From the NCBI GenBank assembly GCA_038065455.1, contig JBBTQX010000008.1, positions 1-64,000 of the forward strand: a stretch of DNA of 64,000 bases, given 5' to 3'. The translations under genes and the position numbers were made by a program. Under the pieces are notes generated by a model that was not told where the DNA came from, ran no database searches, and worked only from the letters and a program-made list of their open reading frames with translations. Of this stretch, positions 1 to 8,760 are shown piece after piece (within the stretch, counting starts at the first letter, position 1; every line of letters starts with the position of its first letter). Origin of the DNA: Patescibacteria group bacterium (GTDB lineage Bacteria > Patescibacteriota > Minisyncoccia > UBA6257 > GWB1-50-10).

Positions 1-1511
1 CTCTCCCGACTCTCTACTCCCAACTTTCGCTATTCACCAGCGGTTATTTTGATGTGATTATTTCCGATGAAGCCCATCGGTCAATTTTTGGAATTTATAA
101 CAGTGTCCTTTCGCACTTTGACGCTATTCGCATTGGGATGACGGCAACGCCCAGCGGATATGTTGATCGCAATACTTATAAACTTTTCGGATGTTGGGAT
201 GAAACGGAACAGAAAGGAAAGCCGACTTTTGTATATAGCATTCGCCGCGGAGTCAAAGACGGCTTTCTTGCTGGTTATGACATTGTGCAGATTGATACGA
301 AAGTATCGCTTGAAGGTGTAAATTTTGAAGGCGAAGATTACAGTCCGGAAGATTTGGAAAGAAAGATAAACATACCGGCCAGAAATGAACAGGTTGTCCA
401 AGCTTATTTTGCCGAAGAAGAAAAGCGGGAACAGAAAAAAATGCGCAAGGCTATCGTTTATGCTGTAACCAAACGTCACGCCGCTCAACTGGCTTATTAT
501 TTCAATCAAGCTAAGCCGGAATATAAGGGTAGGTTTGCCGAGGTTATTACTTCCGATACCGAAGACCCTCGTGGGGCTATTCGCCGCTTTAAGCTGGAAG
601 AAATGCCAACGATTGCTGTTTCTGTGGGTATGATGGATACCGGCATTGATGCGCCAATGGTTGAAAATATAATAATGGTTCGTCCAACACAATCGCCGAT
701 CTTATATCAGCAAATGCGTGGCCGGGGCAGTCGTCTTGATTCTCGGATCAATAAAAAATCATTTAGGATTTACGACTTTGCCGGCGTTACTAAGTATTTT
801 AATGACGAAAGCTATAATCCATATTCAGAAATCGCTAAAGCCAAAGCTGGTATCCCGTGGGGAACGGAAGCCAAGGACTTTATTGAAGAAGACATTGAAG
901 TACCGGCCAGTTTTATCCAGGTTGCGGAGACCGCTCAAGAAAATATTGATGTCGTTATAAAACGCGCTTATGTTGAGATTGGAGCTGAAGGAGAAAGAAT
1001 AGACTCTGATGATTATCAAACGGCATGGGAACGGCAGGTTCAGGAGCTTGCGCAAGCTGAGCCGTTGGTGAAAAAAGTAAAAGACGGGCAGGAACTTACA
1101 AATGACGAATCTCAAATTTTAGCGGATCGTCTCAATTCACCGAAGTTTTATTTCAATGAAGCGAATTTGCGCGAAGCGTATCGTTATCCAATTGGGACAC
1201 TGAATGACTTTATAAAAACAGCTCTCGGTATCCAAAATCTTCCTACTGAAGAGCAATTATATGAGGACCGAGTCGGCGAACTCTTTGAAGCCTGGATGAT
1301 AGATAAGCAGTTTGAGCCGGAGCAGGCTAAGATTTTGCGTTTGGTTAAAAGCCAATATATCGCTCGCCGCGCGCCGATTGAGGTTTCTATTTTCAACGAA
1401 CCGATTTTTTCGGCCCTAGGCGGTCTTAATTATGTGCTTAAGGTCTTTGATGATGATAAACTTAAATCAACGATTGAAGAGTTAAATCATTCGGTTTTTA
1501 TAAATCAATAA
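1..1511 (+). CDS. hsdR: Type I restriction enzyme R subunit (EcoEI-like), 5'-truncated by window edge
   Basis: Frame open from base 3; DEAH (ISDEAHRS), TATP, TGID and QMRGRGSR helicase motifs; hsdM/hsdS downstream. Confidence 0.93.
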   Translation, partial: LPTLYSQLSLFTSGYFDVIISDEAHRSIFGIYNSVLSHFDAIRIGMTATPSGYVDRNTYKLFGCWDETEQKGKPTFVYSIRRGVKDGFLAGYDIVQIDTKVSLEGVNFEGEDYSPEDLERKINIPARNEQVVQAYFAEEEKREQKKMRKAIVYAVTKRHAAQLAYYFNQAKPEYKGRFAEVITSDTEDPRGAIRRFKLEEMPTIAVSVGMMDTGIDAPMVENIIMVRPTQSPILYQQMRGRGSRLDSRINKKSFRIYDFAGVTKYFNDESYNPYSEIAKAKAGIPWGTEAKDFIEEDIEVPASFIQVAETAQENIDVVIKRAYVEIGAEGERIDSDDYQTAWERQVQELAQAEPLVKKVKDGQELTNDESQILADRLNSPKFYFNEANLREAYRYPIGTLNDFIKTALGIQNLPTEEQLYEDRVGELFEAWMIDKQFEPEQAKILRLVKSQYIARRAPIEVSIFNEPIFSALGGLNYVLKVFDDDKLKSTIEELNHSVFINQ

Positions 1512-1522
1512 AAGTTATATTC

Positions 1523-2326
1523 ATGTCATTTTTTAAATTCAACAAAGAAATAAAAACCGAAGACTTAAAACTTTCTGATTTTGATAAAATCTGGACAAAG
1601 TTTTGTTTTTTGGACGAAACAGGCACATTAAGCGATCAGAAAGACCAGTATTTTACTGTCGGAATATTGAAGATGAGCCAACCTTATTATTTGCAGAGTA
1701 AGCTATTTTTTGAGAGAAGTAGGGCTCGATTTTATGATGAAGTAAAATTTAATAAATTATCTAAAAATAATATCGGCTTTGCTAAAACCTCAATGGATGC
1801 TCTTTTTGAAACAAGGAGTATTGGATTTTACTCCTATTCTATCAGCACAAAGAGTGATTATTACCTTAAGAATTTTGATAAAAATCCATGGTTAGCCTAT
1901 GAACAGATAACGCTCAAGCTGTTGGATGCCGCTCTTTCTAATCAAGAAATTATTGTGCTCATTGCTGATTATGTCACTACTCCAAGAAATATTCGATTTG
2001 AGGTCAGTATAAAGAAGAATTTTAACGCCGAGAAAAAACGACTTGCTTTGGCAGGCGTGTGCAGATTTGATTCAAAATCAAACGACTTGTTGCAACTCGT
2101 TGATCTTTTAATCGGCGCGATAACTTATGATATAAAGTTTGCAAAAAGGTTGGTCGACGGTTCAAAGTATAAAATTGAAGTCGTGGAGTATTTAAAAAGT
2201 AAGTTAGGAACAGAAACATTTACGAAGGGCTTCAAAAATCACAATTTCAATATCTTTGTAGATAAAACAGACCATTTAAATATGCCAGAAGATAAAGAAG
2301 AAAATGAAAAAGGGCTATCGTCCTAA
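1523..2326 (+). CDS. DUF3800 family protein (RNase H-like fold, putative nuclease)
   Basis: N-terminal FLDETG and C-terminal DSKSNDLLQLVDLLIGAI motifs. Confidence 0.8.
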   Translation: MSFFKFNKEIKTEDLKLSDFDKIWTKFCFLDETGTLSDQKDQYFTVGILKMSQPYYLQSKLFFERSRARFYDEVKFNKLSKNNIGFAKTSMDALFETRSIGFYSYSISTKSDYYLKNFDKNPWLAYEQITLKLLDAALSNQEIIVLIADYVTTPRNIRFEVSIKKNFNAEKKRLALAGVCRFDSKSNDLLQLVDLLIGAITYDIKFAKRLVDGSKYKIEVVEYLKSKLGTETFTKGFKNHNFNIFVDKTDHLNMPEDKEENEKGLSS

Positions 2327-2352
2327 CGGTCGACGCCCCTTTTCGGTACTGT
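2302..2352 (-). ncRNA. Predicted small antisense/convergent RNA overlapping DUF3800 stop (DUF3800-associated motif-like)
   Basis: Minus-strand promoter TTGACT-16-TATACT with extended TG (2359-2386), then hairpin 2306-2344 that pairs via G-U only on the minus strand and ends in a U-run. Confidence 0.6.
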
Positions 2353-2358
2353 AATTCT

Positions 2359-2386
2359 AGTATAGCAACCGCTCGCCATAAGTCAA
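2359..2386 (-). promoter_or_regulatory. Sigma70-type promoter pointing back at DUF3800
   Basis: TTGACT-N16-TATACT, TGn extended -10. Confidence 0.6.
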
Positions 2387-2431
2387 TAGTTATTAACACC
2401 CTTTACAATAGTTCGACAAGCTCACTATAAT

Positions 2432-3955
2432 ATGACTCAAAATATCCAACAATTAAGAGAGGGATTTAAGCAAAAGATAGATATTTTGAATAACTATCTT
2501 TTCGCGCAGGGTTTAAGCGACCCAATGACTCGCATACAGCAGTTAAGCTTCTTTTTCTTTCTCAAAATGCTTGAGGAACAGGATATCGCAAAAGAAAGAG
2601 AAGAAAAAATCACGGGGCATAAACATCGCTCATTGTTTGAGGGCAAGAAAGAAAAATTTAGGTGGTCAAAGTGGCGAGAAAAAATTGGCGGAAATTTATA
2701 CAAATTCGTCCGCGATGAGATTTTTCCGTTTATTGAAGAATTGCACAATGGCCATTCAAACATCAGTCAAATTTTTCACGGCGCGAAATTGCTTATTCCC
2801 GATGAAGCCACACTGAAAAGAGTTGTTGAAATTATAGACACCATAGAATTCTCAAGTTTGGACACGGATGTAAAGGGTGATCTCTACGAGTATCTTTTGA
2901 GTCAAATCAGTTCAGCCGGCAAGTTGGGCGCGTTTCTCACGCCGCGGCATATTATCCGCGCGATTGTTGAGATGGTGAATCCGAAAATCGGCGAGACAGT
3001 TCTTGATCCGGCTTGTGGCACGGGCGGATTTTTAATAACAGCATACGATTACATCAAGTTTAAAAATAGCGATGCTAAAAATATTGAAGAAAAAAATGGG
3101 CACAAAGTAGGATATGGCGACAAACTAAATAAAGAACAGTGGCAGTTTCTCACGCAGAAAACTTTTACCGGTTATGATGTCGCGCCGGAAGTTTCGCGGC
3201 TGGCATTGATGAATCTTTTGCTTCACGGACTTGAGGGTGCGCGCATTTTACGAAAAGATACCGTGGCAGGAAACGAAGATGGGAACGACCTTAAAAGATA
3301 TGAGGTTATTTTAACGAATCCTCCTTTTGCCGGTTTGGTTGACGCTGGAAGAATAAAACCCACACTACCCGTTCAATCTAAAAAAACGCAGGTGCTTTTC
3401 TTGGGCTATGTTATCAATTCACTTAAACCGAGCGGTCGAGCTGGCATAATCTTGCCGGAGGGTTCGCTTTTTGGCACAAATAAAGACGACAAAGACATTC
3501 GCCGCTTTTTGCTTGAGAACACAAAGCTGGAGGCAGTTGTCTCGATGCCAGCCGGAGTATTCCAGCCCTATGCCGGAGTAAAAACTAGCTTTCTGGTTTT
3601 CAAAAAGAAATCCGCGCCAAAAATTGACGACAAAGAAAAGGTTTGGTTCTTTGATATGAAAGGCGATGGCTCATCTCTATCGGCCGCCAAGAAGTTCGGA
3701 CCGCAATACAAGAATGATATTCCAAAACTGCTGGAACTCTGGAATAAAGATCAGGCAGTTGCCAAACCTTATTCGTGGTTCACTACCGTGAAAGAAATTG
3801 CCGAAAACGATTACATACTTTCGGCCAATACTTATAGCCCATACAACGGCGAAGAAGAAATAAATCACCGCGATCCGAAGGAGATTTTGAGAGAAATTGA
3901 AAATGCGAAAAATAAATTAGATAAATTACTAGGCGAAGTCAAAAAGAAAATTTAA
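2432..3955 (+). CDS. hsdM: Type I R-M methyltransferase M subunit (m6A)
   Basis: FLTPRHI, DPACGTGG (motif I), NPPF (motif IV). Confidence 0.95.
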   Translation: MTQNIQQLREGFKQKIDILNNYLFAQGLSDPMTRIQQLSFFFFLKMLEEQDIAKEREEKITGHKHRSLFEGKKEKFRWSKWREKIGGNLYKFVRDEIFPFIEELHNGHSNISQIFHGAKLLIPDEATLKRVVEIIDTIEFSSLDTDVKGDLYEYLLSQISSAGKLGAFLTPRHIIRAIVEMVNPKIGETVLDPACGTGGFLITAYDYIKFKNSDAKNIEEKNGHKVGYGDKLNKEQWQFLTQKTFTGYDVAPEVSRLALMNLLLHGLEGARILRKDTVAGNEDGNDLKRYEVILTNPPFAGLVDAGRIKPTLPVQSKKTQVLFLGYVINSLKPSGRAGIILPEGSLFGTNKDDKDIRRFLLENTKLEAVVSMPAGVFQPYAGVKTSFLVFKKKSAPKIDDKEKVWFFDMKGDGSSLSAAKKFGPQYKNDIPKLLELWNKDQAVAKPYSWFTTVKEIAENDYILSANTYSPYNGEEEINHRDPKEILREIENAKNKLDKLLGEVKKKI

Positions 3956-3969
3956 AAACATATTTGGAT

Positions 3970-4932
3970 ATGGGAGTAATAACAAAAGGCAATAACATAA
4001 ATACTCAAACGGCTATTTTTATAGATGGCAGCTGGCTTTATGCAACTACTAGGCGGATAAATAAAAATGTTGATTACACCAATTTTTTTAACGTCCTTAT
4101 AAAAAAATTTGGAGCAAAGACTAAGATATATTATTACGGTGTAATCGATCCAACCAGTAAAGGACAAGAAAAATTTTACATATCGCTCGAAAAAATTGGT
4201 TATATTGTACATTGTATAAAATTAAGAAAAGTAGGTGATAGAGTTATTTCTGGCGGTTTAGATATAAGTTTGGCAGTAGATGCAATGCGCATTTTGCCAT
4301 CGTTAAAAAATTTCGTATTAGTTTCGGGAGATAGTGATTTTGTAGCTCTCCTTCAACAAACTAGACAGGCCAAAGTTAATACTTATGTAATTGCTCTACC
4401 TTTTTCAATGGGGTATCTTCTAAGACAAATTGCAAATACTTTTTTAAATCTAGAAACTTTAATAGTTGAGCATAAGCCAACAAGATTAAAAAAGAAGGCG
4501 AAAATAGCAAAATTTGTAGATCAAAATTATATAAAGAAAGGAGATTCCTTTCAGTCGTATATTAAACTCCGAAATTTAATGAAATCCACGAAAAACAGTA
4601 TTATTATCATTGATTCATATATAGATGACCAAATCCTTTTAATGATTCAACTGTTAAAACCAGGGATTAAAAAGATTATTATTACTGACACCAATAAAAT
4701 CACCCCAGCAGATTTTTTTATACAGGTTGAAAAATTAAAAAATGACGGACACTTGATAGATATTTATGAAAGCAAAAAATTCCATGATAGGTTCATTTGC
4801 ATAGATGATATTTGGTGGCACAGCGGACATTCGTTTAAAAATTTCGGAGAGAAAGATTCTATGTTTAATAAAGTTACCAAAGAAGCCGCCCAAAACATAA
4901 ATAATAGAATGGCCGAAGTGAAGAAAAAATAA
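3970..4932 (+). CDS. NYN (LabA/DUF88, PIN-fold) nuclease fused to PLD-like C-terminal domain
   Basis: IFIDGSW, GLDISLAVD, LVSGDSDF; C-terminal IIDSY...FHDRFICID...HSGHSFK. Confidence 0.8.
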   Translation: MGVITKGNNINTQTAIFIDGSWLYATTRRINKNVDYTNFFNVLIKKFGAKTKIYYYGVIDPTSKGQEKFYISLEKIGYIVHCIKLRKVGDRVISGGLDISLAVDAMRILPSLKNFVLVSGDSDFVALLQQTRQAKVNTYVIALPFSMGYLLRQIANTFLNLETLIVEHKPTRLKKKAKIAKFVDQNYIKKGDSFQSYIKLRNLMKSTKNSIIIIDSYIDDQILLMIQLLKPGIKKIIITDTNKITPADFFIQVEKLKNDGHLIDIYESKKFHDRFICIDDIWWHSGHSFKNFGEKDSMFNKVTKEAAQNINNRMAEVKKK

Positions 4933-4933
4933 T

Positions 4934-5002
4934 ATGACTTGGCTAACAAACCCCGAAGGAAAGCCTACGGCTTCCTACGGGGCAAGAAAATTAGAAAAAT
5001 AA
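4934..5002 (+). pseudogene. Vestigial hsdS 5' end containing a 32-bp palindromic insert
   Basis: Removing a 36-nt CCCCG...CGGGG insert gives MTWLTKKLEK*, versus hsdS start MTWPIKKLGE. Confidence 0.55.
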
Positions 5003-5030
5003 AGGTCAAAAAAATTAACGAATAAAAAAT

Positions 5031-5213
5031 ATGATAAAACCAATTAACATAACTCCTCTAAATACAACAAACACTCTGCAATACAAATGTGAAAAGTGTG
5101 GCGATTACGGAACAATTACTTTAAAGAACATTATTATCAATACTGATAATGCTGGAAATTCATTGGTGCCTCTGGATGATTACGAATGTCAGAAATGTGG
5201 AGAAGAATTATGA
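5031..5213 (+). CDS. Small Zn-ribbon protein
   Basis: Two CxxC pairs (CEKCG, CQKCG); ATGA overlap with next gene. Confidence 0.6.
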   Translation: MIKPINITPLNTTNTLQYKCEKCGDYGTITLKNIIINTDNAGNSLVPLDDYECQKCGEEL

Positions 5214-5623
5214 ACACGACACTACAATTTATTATTACATTATTACTTAGCGGCGTTATCGCTGCCTTAGTATCAGCAGTAATGCAAAAAAGAAACGAAA
5301 AAGAGTCGCGCCTTTTTAACGCAAAACTGGAGGCATACAAAGAATTCGCTGCTCACTTGGAAAGCAAGTTTGTTTCGCTCACAAAAGAAGGAAAAAGTTT
5401 GAATATTACGACACTGGCAGAAGTAAGTGCAAAATGCCTTTTGATTTCAAGCCCTATTGTAAATAAAGAACTAAAAGCATTTCTTGTATATGTTAGCGAA
5501 GTTTATAAAAGATGCTGTGCGCCCGATTATGATAAGAATAAAGAATCGGAAATGTTTGATAAATTATGGAGTGACGCCGATAAAATTGAGGATTTAATGA
5601 GGCAAGATTTAGGATTTAAATAA
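5210..5623 (+). CDS. Hypothetical protein with N-terminal TM helix
   Basis: ATG overlapping upstream stop; hydrophobic N-terminus. Confidence 0.7.
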   Translation: MNTTLQFIITLLLSGVIAALVSAVMQKRNEKESRLFNAKLEAYKEFAAHLESKFVSLTKEGKSLNITTLAEVSAKCLLISSPIVNKELKAFLVYVSEVYKRCCAPDYDKNKESEMFDKLWSDADKIEDLMRQDLGFK

Positions 5624-5625
5624 AT

Positions 5626-6849
5626 ATGACTTGGCCAATAAAAAAATTAGGGGAAATTGCGGAAGTGGTTATGGGACAATCACCACCATCTTCCAGCTAC
5701 AACGAGCAAGGTATTGGTTTGCCATTTTTTCAAGGCAAGGCGGAATTTGGAGAAATTTATCCTATCCCAGTTAAATATTGCTCATCTCCAAATCGAATCG
5801 CGGAAGCGAACGATATTTTGATATCGGTTCGTGCTCCCGTAGGAAATATCAATATTACAAAAGAAAAATCTTGTGTTGGTCGCGGTTTGGGAGCTCTCCG
5901 CGCAAAGGAGGACATTTTAAATCAAATGTTCCTATTCTATTTCATGAAAAAGAATGAAAATAATTGGTCTAGACTTTCAACTGGAAGCACATTCTCTGCA
6001 ATCAAAGGAAGTAGTTTAAGAAATTTTGAAATCCCGGTTCCTCCTCTTGCAATCCAAACCCAAATTGTTGAGCGGTTGGATAAAATCGCCAAGGCGCAGA
6101 AATTGAATGATGGGCTTATCCAGAAAACTGACGAGCTTTTTCAATCGCTTTTGCATAAGGAATTAAACCCCGTTAGAGATAGCAAACACTCTAACGGGGT
6201 AAATCCGGCCGGCCCCGCCGACGCTTCCGCCTTCGTTAAAACTTCGGCGGATAAAAAAGCTATGGCGGGCAAGAAGAATTGGGAGATTAAAAAATTGGGA
6301 GATATTATCAAACCACAGTATGGATACACTACATCGGCAAAAGACTCAGGAAATTATAGGTTTATAAGAATTACCGACATTGGTGATGAGGGCGAATTAA
6401 GAGATTCTGATAAAAAATATGTGGCCATTAGCCAAGACGAAGCAAAAAGCTATCAATTACGAAACGGTGATCTGCTACTGGCACGGACTGGCGCAACGTT
6501 CGGCAAGATTCTCTATTTCGAAGAAGGCGAACCGGCAATTTTTGCATCGTTTTTGATTCGCTTAAACCCTGATACTTCAATTGATCCATTTTACATTTGG
6601 TTATTTTCTCGATCCCAGGACTATTGGCAACAAGCTAGATCGCTGATGACCGGCTCAGGGCAACCACAATTTAACGCAAATAGGCTAAAGCAGATTAAAA
6701 TTCCTCTTCCACCCCTCGAAATTCAAAAGCAAATCGTCGCCAAACTTTCCGCGATTCAGAATTACAAAAAACAGCTTCTTGGACAAAAAGCAAAACTCAA
6801 AGAGCTTTTTGACTCGGCTTTGGCGAAATCAATGTCGAAAGATGCCTAA
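5626..6849 (+). CDS. hsdS: Type I R-M specificity subunit
   Basis: Two TRDs each starting W-x-x-KKLG and ending PxPPLxxQxxIV; linker extended by palindromic inserts. Confidence 0.95.
   Translation: MTWPIKKLGEIAEVVMGQSPPSSSYNEQGIGLPFFQGKAEFGEIYPIPVKYCSSPNRIAEANDILISVRAPVGNINITKEKSCVGRGLGALRAKEDILNQMFLFYFMKKNENNWSRLSTGSTFSAIKGSSLRNFEIPVPPLAIQTQIVERLDKIAKAQKLNDGLIQKTDELFQSLLHKELNPVRDSKHSNGVNPAGPADASAFVKTSADKKAMAGKKNWEIKKLGDIIKPQYGYTTSAKDSGNYRFIRITDIGDEGELRDSDKKYVAISQDEAKSYQLRNGDLLLARTGATFGKILYFEEGEPAIFASFLIRLNPDTSIDPFYIWLFSRSQDYWQQARSLMTGSGQPQFNANRLKQIKIPLPPLEIQKQIVAKLSAIQNYKKQLLGQKAKLKELFDSALAKSMSKDA
6168..6199. repeat. In-frame palindromic insert, CCCGTTAGAG family, flanked by TAAA direct repeat
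   Basis: CCCCGTTAGAG-N10-CTCTAACGGGG; 32+4=36 nt. Confidence 0.85.
6214..6270. repeat. Nested REP-like palindromes in frame in hsdS linker
   Basis: Outer CCCGCC...GGCGGGC with inner TCCGCC...GGCGGA; 57 nt, PADASAFVKTSADKKAMAG. Confidence 0.75.
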
Positions 6850-6869
6850 AATTTTGATAAAATAAATTT

Positions 6870-7085
6870 ATGCAAAGAACGCCGGTTTCATCAACAAATA
6901 TTAGTTCAATTGGCTACGATCCACAGTCGGCTACTTTAGAGGTGGAGTTTACTTCGGGCGATGTGTATCAGTATTTTAATGTACCGGAGCGTTTATATGA
7001 CGGATTGCTTAAGGCGGCGTCGCCTGGGCAATTTTTGAATATAAATATTATTCAATATGGCTATCGGTATCAGAAAAGAAGTTAA
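6870..7085 (+). CDS. KTSC domain protein
   Basis: VSSTNISSIGYD...LEVEF..G.VYQYFNVP...A.SPG.F.N. Confidence 0.9.
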   Translation: MQRTPVSSTNISSIGYDPQSATLEVEFTSGDVYQYFNVPERLYDGLLKAASPGQFLNINIIQYGYRYQKRS

Positions 7086-7089
7086 TTTT

Positions 7090-7866
7090 ATGTTTACGCC
7101 AAAAACACAAAGAATAAAAGACATCGCAGAAAATAAACAGGAAGTCATCAAACGACTTGAAAGTGTTTTTGATGCAAACACTCGCGTTTATATTGATTAT
7201 GCCAATGTCAGACCGTGGAGTGAAAAACTTGGGTGGCATATTGACCTAAAGCGTCTCAAACAGTTTTTGGATTCTTTCAGCACTATAGAGGCAATCAATT
7301 TCTATAATGGATATCTTGCGGGCAATGAGCGCTCGGAAAAAGAAAAATCAGAAGCAGAAAATTACAAATATATTCTTCGAACGAAGCCAGTCAAAATACT
7401 CAATTTTTCTATCAATGCCTCAAGCGTCTCGTCAGATTCGACGGTTCTTGTAAAGCAGTTTATTCGCCGCGCGTTACTGAAGAAGTACGAAGTTGGGACA
7501 ATTGAATACTTAAATCAGCGTTTTGCCGACATGAACAAGAAGGGCGAATATTTTATTGAGGATATGAAATGTAATTTTGATGTTGAAATCGGCGTTGATA
7601 TGCTCCTTGATTGCGAACGAAACAGCGCGGAAACTTTTATATTATGGAGCGGAGACAGTGATTTTGCCGATCCAATTAAAAAATTAATAGCCGCCGGCAA
7701 ACAAGTTTATTTGTTTGCGACAGCCGGTAGAATTTCCAGCGAATTGAACGAACTTAGAGAAAACGGTCTCAAAATAGTAGATATTTTTGATCTCAAAGAG
7801 TTTATTTGTTGGTTAAAAGAATCGGCTTATAAAAGCACAAAAGACCCCGTTGCCGAGGCCCTTTAG
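7090..7866 (+). CDS. NYN domain (PIN-fold) nuclease
   Basis: VYIDYANV, KCNFDVEIGVD, LWSGDSDF. Confidence 0.85.
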   Translation: MFTPKTQRIKDIAENKQEVIKRLESVFDANTRVYIDYANVRPWSEKLGWHIDLKRLKQFLDSFSTIEAINFYNGYLAGNERSEKEKSEAENYKYILRTKPVKILNFSINASSVSSDSTVLVKQFIRRALLKKYEVGTIEYLNQRFADMNKKGEYFIEDMKCNFDVEIGVDMLLDCERNSAETFILWSGDSDFADPIKKLIAAGKQVYLFATAGRISSELNELRENGLKIVDIFDLKEFICWLKESAYKSTKDPVAEAL

Positions 7867-7892
7867 CTCTAAAATCCGTGATCTTACGATCA
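7831..7892 (-). ncRNA. Predicted small convergent RNA overlapping the NYN gene 3' end
   Basis: Minus-strand TGGACA-18-TATAGT promoter (7898-7927); two hairpins with GNRA loops (GUAA, GCAA), G-U pairs on minus strand, U-rich tail. Confidence 0.6.
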
Positions 7893-7961
7893 ATTACACT
7901 ATAGCATAAGACAAAGAAAATTGTCCACAGGTGGTAAATATATGGAAATCGAATCAAAACA

Positions 7962-8245
7962 ACCCCATACCAGTTCGCTACGGGGCAGGCAAGGGCAACC
8001 CCGCCTTCGCACTAGGCTACGGACGGGCAGGCAGTCAAAAGTTCGAAAATCGTTGAGCAGGGCGAGCAAGCGAGCGAAATATAAGAGCGCCTTCGGGCGC
8101 TTTTATATTTCCGAGCGCGCTCCTCGGGGTATAGCGAGTTTGCGAGCTATACCGAGGAGCTGACGAGTGAAGTGCAAGGCCGCCGTAAGGCGGTTTTGAA
8201 TTTCCGAAGCGGCGACTCGGAGTATTCTCTGAATACCCGAGGAGC
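7962..8245. repeat. Cluster of REP-like palindromes
   Basis: Several hairpins, e.g. AAATATAAGAGCGCC-TTCG-GGCGCTTTTATATTT; CTCGG..TAT...ATAC(C)CGAGGAGC twice. Confidence 0.6.
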
Positions 8246-8305
8246 AAACAATTTCCATCCTTTGTAAGAGCTGTAAATTCTCTCATATTTAGTATAATTT
8301 TAGAT

Positions 8306-8614
8306 ATGGGTATAGAACAAATTTCATCAGATCAGGAGAAAAAAGCCATGTTTAATGTAGGCGAAGGTGTAATGCCAAGGTGGTCAACTGACGAGAACCG
8401 TGAAGAAATGATGCCCGCCATGAAACTGGACAAAAATTATTATGTTGTCGATCAGGTTGATGAAAGTGCTGGTAGTATCCATCTTAAAGGAACGTCATTG
8501 GATGACTGGTATGAAGCCAAATTTTTTGTCAAAGCTTTAGATCCGAAATTCAGACAACCTAGCGAGAGAGAAAAACGAGCAAGTCCTGAGGGTTATGATA
8601 CTCTAGCTCCTTAA
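8306..8614 (+). CDS. Hypothetical protein
   Basis: ORF with TATAAT just upstream and hairpin/U-run downstream. Confidence 0.65.
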   Translation: MGIEQISSDQEKKAMFNVGEGVMPRWSTDENREEMMPAMKLDKNYYVVDQVDESAGSIHLKGTSLDDWYEAKFFVKALDPKFRQPSEREKRASPEGYDTLAP

Positions 8615-8760
8615 TGAATGGATAATTCAAGATTAGAGCAAGTTCGGTTATAAACTGAATCTGCTTTTTTATTCTTCCAAAACCATTCCAATACATTCGC
8701 TTCGCTCAGTATCTACAACATCGTCCCACTCGGAGAGCAACGACTTTTGACAATATAACA

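Noticed and set aside
7921-8286. Short ORFs on both strands
   Set aside because: They translate palindromic repeats.
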